A stretch of 58,405 nt of DNA, counting the filler, from Sphacelaria rigidula (Eukaryota), in the NCBI GenBank assembly GCA_964200075.2. It is 7 parts of 7 records of this genome, joined end to end, with 100 filler letters (N's around TTAATTAATTAA, not from the genome) between each part and the next. Parts side by side here need not be neighbours in the genome. Positions count along the whole stretch, not along the records: positions 50,149 to 58,405 come from CAXNAA020011756.1; 6 more parts are not named here. One strand, 5' to 3'. Shown in pieces: positions 51,231 to 58,405 of this stretch. The notes beneath the pieces were generated by a model. It was not told where the DNA came from. It worked only from the letters and a program-made list of their open reading frames with translations, and searched no databases. Each line of letters starts with the position of its first letter. Within the stretch, counting starts at the first letter, position 1. The position numbers and the translations under genes are program-made.

Positions 51231-51263
<33 letters not shown>
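51231..51263. repeat. (TG)n microsatellite
   Basis: Read directly. Confidence 0.95.
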
Positions 51264-51265
<2 letters not shown>

Positions 51266-54040
51266 TCGAGAGCGAGCGAGAGACATAGAGACAGACATAC
51301 AGGCAGGCAGCGGAGATAGAGACGAAAGACGGAAGAAACAGTCTATGGCGAAGGCGCGATGTGCACACGGCGTGTCGTGCCCCCGTGTAGTCGCATCCAG
51401 ACGTAACGCTGTTTTCCGTGTTGAAACAAATACCAAGTGGGACAGAGCATGCCCGGGTGCTCTATGCCTGAAAGCATTCTCATGAGGTTGCCACGGGTGT
51501 TGCCGAATATCGTTAGAGATGATGGATGCATGCCGCATCTGTCTCATCAACAGGCCGTGGCGTCCGGATCTCTTGGGGGCAGTATGCACGACCGGGGTAG
51601 AACACACGTCACGATAAAGGGGTGACGATATTGCCGACGTCGCCGACAGTTGCGGCCACTGTGGTCGACACTTGCCCTGAATGTCAGTCGCAGTGACCGC
51701 AATGATCGGCGCGACTTGTCGCCGATCGACGCCCGTTCTGGGAAGTGTAGTCCATAGTCTCGACCACAGTTGTTGTTAGCCTGGCCGACACCTGCATGCC
51801 AGAGGTTTCACCCGACACGTATTGCTGCCACTTCGGCAGTGCGGTTGCCGGCGCCCACCAGTGTGATCGTCAGTTCCCGCCAGAGTGGGCCACAACGTAG
51901 AGGGTGCACGCGATACTCTTGCCACGTCAACGACACACTCGGACGGCGTCGATGACAACGCGAGCCTCTCGCCTACACCTCCTACACCCCAAAATTGCCC
52001 CTGACCCTGACACCTGGCCATGACACCCAAACCAGCGCCAGTCTCTGTATCGCCGGCACTTTTGAAATGACGGTCGACATAATTCATAATGTAGCCGGGA
52101 AGAGCGCAGGTATGACCGATCGTAGCCGAGGCTCCGAGCGTAGTCGCAGAAGTGCGGACAACGCTTCCACCCTGTTGTCCACGGAGGGAAAGTGTTGGCG
52201 ACGCTCTCCGATTGCGCCGACAATCGGCGTCACAGCTTCCGGCCACACTACGGTCGCCGGTTGTTGGGGACGTCGTCCCGCCCATTTTCGCACCGGCGAC
52301 ACTGCTCATGGAAATATTGGTTGCAGTACAGCCAGGGCCGGCCACGCCGAGGGACTGTCAGCGAAGAGTTACACGTGCTGCTCACACTACCGACGTACCG
52401 CTGCCAGTGTCGTACTCATTTCCCAGGAGCGGCGGTGACGAGGAACGAGTGCTCTTCACAGTTGATGTACGTGTCGCACAGATTTATTCACCCGCCGGCG
52501 GCACTGGCGGCGACTGTGGGCGGCAGTGTCTACTTATGCCATGTCGTGACAGGGGAGAGGGCTCTTTTGATTTCAATTTGATTGATTGTCGCCCTATAAG
52601 TGACCCCCTCGGGGATCCAGCCGTGGCCACATGATAGACGTACCCGGGACGTAACAAAACTGATGCACTCGCTGGAGGAAGAGGAGAAAACAAAAAAAAA
52701 AGTAAAACAAACAACAGAGTAGACCAACAAAAAAAAAGGACAACAGAAAGAAAAAAAAAGAGAGAGAGAAAAAAGGAAATGGCCGGCGTCTGCCACAACA
52801 TGGCTTTGGTGGAAAAGGTCTTGCGCAGAACCACACGCATACCCAGTCGTAATAAACACAAAGCCCGTGGGAAACGATTGCGGCATATCTACTACGATCG
52901 CACCATTTTGGGAATGAGCTCTCATCCATGGATCCTACGGAAGCTCTGGCTTGCGCCGGCAGGAAAAAAAACACTTACATATAGAGAGAAAGACGGGGAA
53001 ACAGAGAGCAGGGAAGGGGGAGACTACAGAAGAGCCGCTATCATGTTGTGCAGTATACGGATGCCCCAATATTTGTTTTCGCGATTTCTAATCACCGCAC
53101 GCGCGTTGAACATTGTTTTCGTCCGAGTTGAACGAACCGCTTCGTCGTGGCTCGTCAAGGTCTGGCCGAGTTGTCCTCGATAGACGTGACGAGTTCGTCC
53201 ATGGCACCATCGGGGGAACGCCGTAGCCGGTAACCCCAGCCCGCTCGGGCGCGGCTGTGTAGTCTGTTCGGCCTCGTCGTTGGTGTTCGATTCAACCCCA
53301 TCGCCACAGTCGGCGCAACCAAATCGATCTGTGCACGACGGTGTGGGGGGGGCGGCCTCGGGGATTTTCACCGCGAGGCAGAGCAGCTAGTATGTTTTTG
53401 ATACCACCGCCCATTTGTCAGCGGGGGTTTGTCAGGTGGCCACACCTCGTAGTACTTTTCCGCGATAACCACCGACAATTCTAACGTTGGTCGCCAGCGA
53501 GTATGAGTGCTCCATCCACGTCGTGATTATGCAGGGCAGGCAGCAAGGAAGTGAATAAACTCTCAAGCCTCCAGCACTCCGGGTCGCCACTGGTCGCCTA
53601 GATGGAACAAACCAAACGGAACGTACTACATCCAGCCGTACTGCATCCGACACACTCGTGAAGAAACGCACCCAAAAAGCTGGCTCGTTTTCGACCCTGC
53701 CCGATGCCCACACATCTCAGGAACCCGCGCGCACGCTTTCCTATCATTTGCTGTTCTCTAGTTCGCGTGTCCCCGTACTCCGAAAACAGAGCTTTACTAC
53801 TGTCAAAAATATATATCATCACGAGCACTCCGAGGTGCTGACATTTTTCGGCTGCCCTTCAACTGAGAGTCGGCAGGAACGGCAAAAAAAAAAAAAAATC
53901 CAATCTAGGCACGAGCGCTGTGTTTCATTCTCCGTTGATTGGCGTGCTGCTCTAAATCTCAACGTTCGACTTCGATGTATTTGTACCCATGCTGCTATAC
54001 GTACGTGAAAAATATCATCCTGATCGTTTCGTTTCCTCAC

Positions 54041-54181
54041 CAGTACACCTTCATGAGAAAGGGCAGACAGGGAGATCTGATGTACTGCAGTAATCCCGCC
54101 GATTGCCATAGTAGCAGCCGCCGAAAGGATTGGATATCGGAGGTGCATCACGGCCACGGCCTCGTGAGAACTCCCCCATTC
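54041..54181 (-). CDS. MHYT-like membrane protein, exon 2 (EWGSSHEAVAVMHLRYPILSAAATMAIGGITAVHQISLSALSHEGVL)
   Basis: ttgcag acceptor, GTGAGG donor, 141 nt phase 0; ATMAIGGITAVHQISLSAL aligns with the MHYT consensus A.AMG.GIWSMHF.GM.A. Confidence 0.75.
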
Positions 54182-54804
54182 CTGCAAAGGAGACAGACAC
54201 CACCACGCAACGGAGGCGAAACCCCCTTGACCACCGCGAAATAATTGAGTAGACGGATTTGAAGAACGAAAGTACGTAGTGCGTTAAAACATAGCCACAA
54301 CAAGCTGCCATGAGCGACGACATGCATCAAAAATACCGGGAGTAAAATAAATAAGACCCACCTCCAGGCCAGGGGTTTACGACCACTTTTTTTATCGTAG
54401 ATTTCTGACGCGTCGGTGAACTAACGTCTTGCAGTGATTCCGCGGTAGGGTTGCACTTTTCAGTCCAAGTGTCTTCTGGGGCTGCACACTAAGGCCGAGG
54501 TATATGTCCTCCAGAGGCTCGTACAGCAAAGAGCCTCAGAACACAAATTTGCACTCCTCCTGCCGTGGCATTGCTCTCTGGCGAAACTCATCTTGTGTTT
54601 CATGCATTCGTAAGTACCCGTCGCTCAAAATTTCGCTGCGGTACGCCTCTTTCAATTGAAATGTGCTAAGAAACAAAAAGAGGATTTCACGGTAGCTGCG
54701 GCCCGCACGAAAAAAAACGCCTCCTATTCCGGGCCCGTGCTTGCTTCTGCTTATCCTTGAAGGGACTATCGATGCCTCTGCGTCTCCTCCTGAGACATGT
54801 GTCA

Positions 54805-55199
54805 ATATATATGTATATATATATGCGTGTGTGTGCCGTCCAACCTATTCTGCACGCCAGTCTACACGTTTCGACATATATATGTGGGCGCATCAGTCGG
54901 AGTCACACAGGAGGAAGGCCAACGTAGGAATTTCTTCTTTCTTGTTTTGGTTTAGTACTCCACCTTGCTTCTGCGGTCCTTATCTTATTTTTTTATCGCG
55001 AAATAGGTCAGCGGTCCCTTTTTTTCATCGACCGTGAAGTCGAATTTTGTGTACCCACGATACACAACAGTAGTCGTTCTCCACTGTTGGGGATGGTGTG
55101 AGAAAAAATCCCAGGTCGTGTGACTGCATCGAGATTCAAACCCACGACCCAAACGTCGGACGGTTTCGTGGTTACCAACTGAGCCACCAGGACCACCGG
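54805..55199 (-). mobile_element. tRNA-derived SINE (family 2) with CA/TA tail
   Basis: Reverse complement is collinear with 24395-24771 (ggtggctcagttggtaa head, gggtttgaatctc B box, cttcctcctgtgtgac 3' block). Confidence 0.8.
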
Positions 55200-55215
55200 T
55201 TATAGATACACCGTT

Positions 55216-55792
55216 GAGACCGCTCCTTATGGTAGACAAAAAAACCCCTGTAAAAATGCTTTTTGTGGCCCTTCTTCGTCATTTTACGCCCTGAAAGAAA
55301 GCTAGGCGAAGTTGACACCTTGGAGTGACTTGCCCTACTCGTTGAGATGGTTCCAGGACATCTTCGCGTTTTCCGGTGGCCGCAGTTTTTATCACGGCCA
55401 AGCAAGCACTGTTGTCCAGAGACGGGCAGGTCCAGAGAAAATGACATTTTTGTTCTAGATTTGACTGTTCTTGACCGCTCTTGGCCAAAAATGAAAATTT
55501 GGCCAAAAATATGAAAACTGCGGCCACCGGAAAGCTCGAAGATGTTCTTGAACCGTCCAAACGAGTAGAGCCAGTTAACCCTTAGACCGCGAGATCAGTC
55601 TTTCTGGATCGTGCATACTTTTTTTCACTTGAAATTTATGCCGATTCAACAGAGGACTAACCTCGCGGTCTAAGGATTAAACCAAGATACCAAACTCCGC
55701 CCAGCTCTCTCTTAGGGCGTAAAACGACGAAGTTACGGGAAAAAGATACTTTTTTACTGGACTTTTTCTTGCTTGCCGTAAGGAGCGGCCTA
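55216..55792. mobile_element. Foldback element with a nested piggyBac MITE in its right arm
   Basis: Arms gaccgctccttatgg...ttccggtggccgcagtttt and aaaactgcggccaccggaa...ccgtaaggagcggcc are complementary on both sides of the 55579-55676 insertion. Confidence 0.8.
55579..55676. mobile_element. piggyBac-type mini-MITE
   Basis: TTAA-CCCTTAGACCGCGAG...CTCGCGGTCTAAGGA-TTAA; TTAA duplicated on both sides. Confidence 0.88.
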
Positions 55793-56823
55793 ACAGCCTA
55801 TGATGGATGAAACACGGGTGACCACTGCTTTGTAGAACCCATTGAATGGGTAGAGTACTACATATGACCGACCCGTTGGCTTTTGGGTTACCGAACCGCC
55901 CGAAGGGCATGTGTCTGTAACCCGCAGTACGTTACACCCGGTATTGGGTTGTGGAAGTTCTTTCGTGCTGCATCGACATTTGGGTAATATTTTCGTTACA
56001 CTCGACGTTATGAAGACATTACGGTTGGTTAGATACTGAGTGAAGGACATGTGGGTTTTGATAGACTATACGAGCTGGGCCAGCCAAGAGTTTTCACTGG
56101 CGGTTGAACATTTTTGCCCTGCTTGATGCTAGAAGGAGCTGAAAAAATGGCATGAAATTAATATCAAAAATGCGCGCAAAGCAGCAGCAGCCACTGAAAA
56201 GTTTGAGTTAGAGCGATTTAACATTGCTGAAAAAGAACAGAAAAATGTCATGAGTTGATGAAAAAAAAACGTTTGATTGGTACTGTACTGTGAAGGATTT
56301 TCGACTTGCGACCATAACGTTCTGGTAAAAAATTGGCTATTAATTGAACACTCATGAAGGTGGGCAGGGCATTCCACTTCCGTGACACCTCAACTCCCCG
56401 CTCCCTAACTGGTATAAGAGACGTCCACAACGGGGAAGGTCTAGAGCCGAAGCTCATGAGAGTAGGGCGGCGCGTCAACTGCGCCAGGTTGACGCGGGGT
56501 TCTAATGGGTACAACCCCCACGCTGCCCTGAGCGAAGCTTTCAGAATGCTCGAGGTGCCTACCCAGGCGCGAGTAGCCAGAGGAATTCACTCGTGCTCGA
56601 CTTCAGCGGATGGGTGCTTTGCTGGGGTATAGCAAGGCAGCACTTTTTTACCTGTGTAGATTTTTGGTCTGGTGTGTAGGTACACCTTGGGGACACCACA
56701 CACACAGGAATATCGCGAAGCTTGTGGAGACGGTAGGATGATGCATGTACGTTCTTCAACATGTGGAAATAGTGCATTTCAGCTGCTACTGTGTATATTG
56801 TCCAACAAGATTGAATTGGACAC

Positions 56824-56952
56824 CTTCATCCAGCGCTCGTGGTCCAGAATGCCGATAACTGTGTACGCGGTCAAGAGCGAGCACAGGAACGACGCCGCCG
56901 CCAGCACGGTGTCAACCGTGAGATCAATTTCGACGCCATCTGACATGCTCAT
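56824..56952 (-). CDS. MHYT-like membrane protein, exon 1 (MSMSDGVEIDLTVDTVLAAASFLCSLLTAYTVIGILDHERWMK)
   Basis: ATG with an in-frame TAG just upstream, AAG/GTGTCC donor, 129 nt phase 0; the S......AYT...L TM helix resembles the MHYT N-terminal helix. Confidence 0.72.
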
Positions 56953-58185
56953 GCTCTAGCACAACTCTTTATAGCGCTGCGCCTATTGTGCGATCGCCGG
57001 CTATCCCCTTCACCCCCCAACCCCTCCCCACTGTTGATGGTGTTCTGCTACAAGCGAAGACGCCCTCGCTGGCCGCCGCCCTATTCTGCGGGATCACGAG
57101 AAGGAAGCGATGAACAAATATACGTGAACAGCCGAGCGGTGGAATATTCTGCAAGATATGCGAGCAGCAACGATCTGCGAGGCCGTACTGTTGTGTTGGA
57201 AGTGCCGTGTTTCATGTCAGACGTAATGACTGCGGTTCTGATGGCCACCCCGAGATATATATCATCGCTGTTCGCTCTCGACGTAGGAATATCCGCACCA
57301 CGGAGTATTCCATGCTTCGATGCTGGGGCAACCTTGCTTGATACCAGTCACCAGTGAGTTTGAGCGTTTGCGTACAGAATCATGAATCATGGATGGTGGT
57401 TGCAGGAGGGAATGCCCGTTCTCGCGCGTGGTCGGTGAAGGGGCCAGCAGCAACCCAGTTGATACGAATTATCTGGCGATCCACACAACTACGGCGCGAA
57501 ACTGCATGCATGCAGCAAGCTCGATACTTAAAAGCAGACCTGGTTTTGTGTTTTGTAGTCGTTTGTCTTGGTGAAGCTGCAACTATACGAAGAATATGTA
57601 CCGTGACCAGATGTGAAACCGGTCGCGTCCTTACCTCGCAGGCGTACTCGTGATAGCACTCACCTCCTGTTGCCAAGAGTGCTCCCCATCCATACCCGGC
57701 ACGCTTTCCAAGCTGCCAGCCAATTGAAAGGCACACAAGATTTTTCGATCGCCGAACGGTGGGTCTATGGAATTTCTCTTTTCTGAACTCGTGTCGAACG
57801 CTTACCTAGCGTCGCACCCTTCGCGCAACTGCGCGAAGACCTAAGGTGTTGCCCCAAGTAAGCGGCGAGTAATCGAACGCCGCGGTTCACACCCACACCC
57901 ACATCCCCATGCGTGGGTAGCCCACCCGTCGTCGCGCCCGCTAGGGTATGTGCGCTGCGCTAGCACTGAACCATTATCTGAGGGCATAGTGCATTCGAAA
58001 CGCTCACGACACGCGGGAGAGACAAGTGCATGCTGCGCACGCACGGCGGGCATACACCAAGGGCACCTCGCTGGCTGTTCGGTGTTGACGAATGGCGTCA
58101 TGATCATCTTTTGTTTTGCGCGTACAGTAATTCAAATTTGAAATTCAAATTCTGGGAAAAAAAACATGATAATATAAGTGCCGCC

Positions 58186-58395
58186 GCGCCCCTGTGGTGT
58201 AATGGTCCGAATTTCGCCATTGGAATGGGGTTCGATTCCCGACACGTTGAGTGTTTTCATCGTAATGTATAATTCCCACCGTGGAAAGCGGGAGAACGTG
58301 AGTAAACAAAATAGTCGACTGGGTTTGTGTGACGTGAGTCGCCGCGGTGCGGGAGTGCTGATCCAATCCGCGAGACCAAAATGTAAGGCACGTAC
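58186..58395 (+). mobile_element. tRNA-derived SINE (family 1)
   Basis: GTGGTGTAATGG A box, GGTTCGATTCCC B box; body collinear with 44876-45102. Confidence 0.8.
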
Positions 58396-58405
58396 CGGGG
58401 GAAAG

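Noticed and set aside
58186-58250. tRNA genes (also near 17650, 24400, 40280, 44876, 55130)
   Set aside because: A and B boxes are present but I could not fold a complete cloverleaf, and the shared downstream bodies identify them as SINE heads.

Overview
Eukaryotic DNA, most likely from a brown alga (Phaeophyceae). This is inferred from the stramenopile-type H2A/H2B, a brown-algal-style ROCO gene and long spliceosomal introns. The window is not one locus. It is an artificial concatenation of seven unrelated contigs of almost identical length (8259, 8258, 8258, 8258, 8258, 8257, 8257 bp), joined by 100-bp N44-TTAATTAATTAA-N44 linkers, so synteny across the linkers means nothing. Genes reconstructed by hand: (1) an intact divergent H2A/H2B pair whose 3' ends share an identical histone-type stem-loop with an unusual 5-nt loop, and whose shared promoter carries TTTGAA and CAACGG motifs; (2) the four 3' exons of a ROCO (Roc-COR) GTPase; (3) the first three exons of an MHYT-like membrane sensor protein with a degenerate MHYT motif, only partly visible in the ORF track; (4) the last three exons of an unknown gene ending in a long low-complexity exon. 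Also present: decayed fragments of midasin and of a KDZ-type transposase, a 43-bp palindromic tandem array, two tRNA-derived SINE families, several MITE/foldback families (Tc1/mariner-, piggyBac- and other types, some nested) and microsatellites. Most short ORFs in the supplied track are spurious. I found no CRISPR array, rRNA or convincing tRNA gene. The best leads are the MHYT-like gene and the histone 3' stem-loop/promoter; neither is shown to be novel without database searches.
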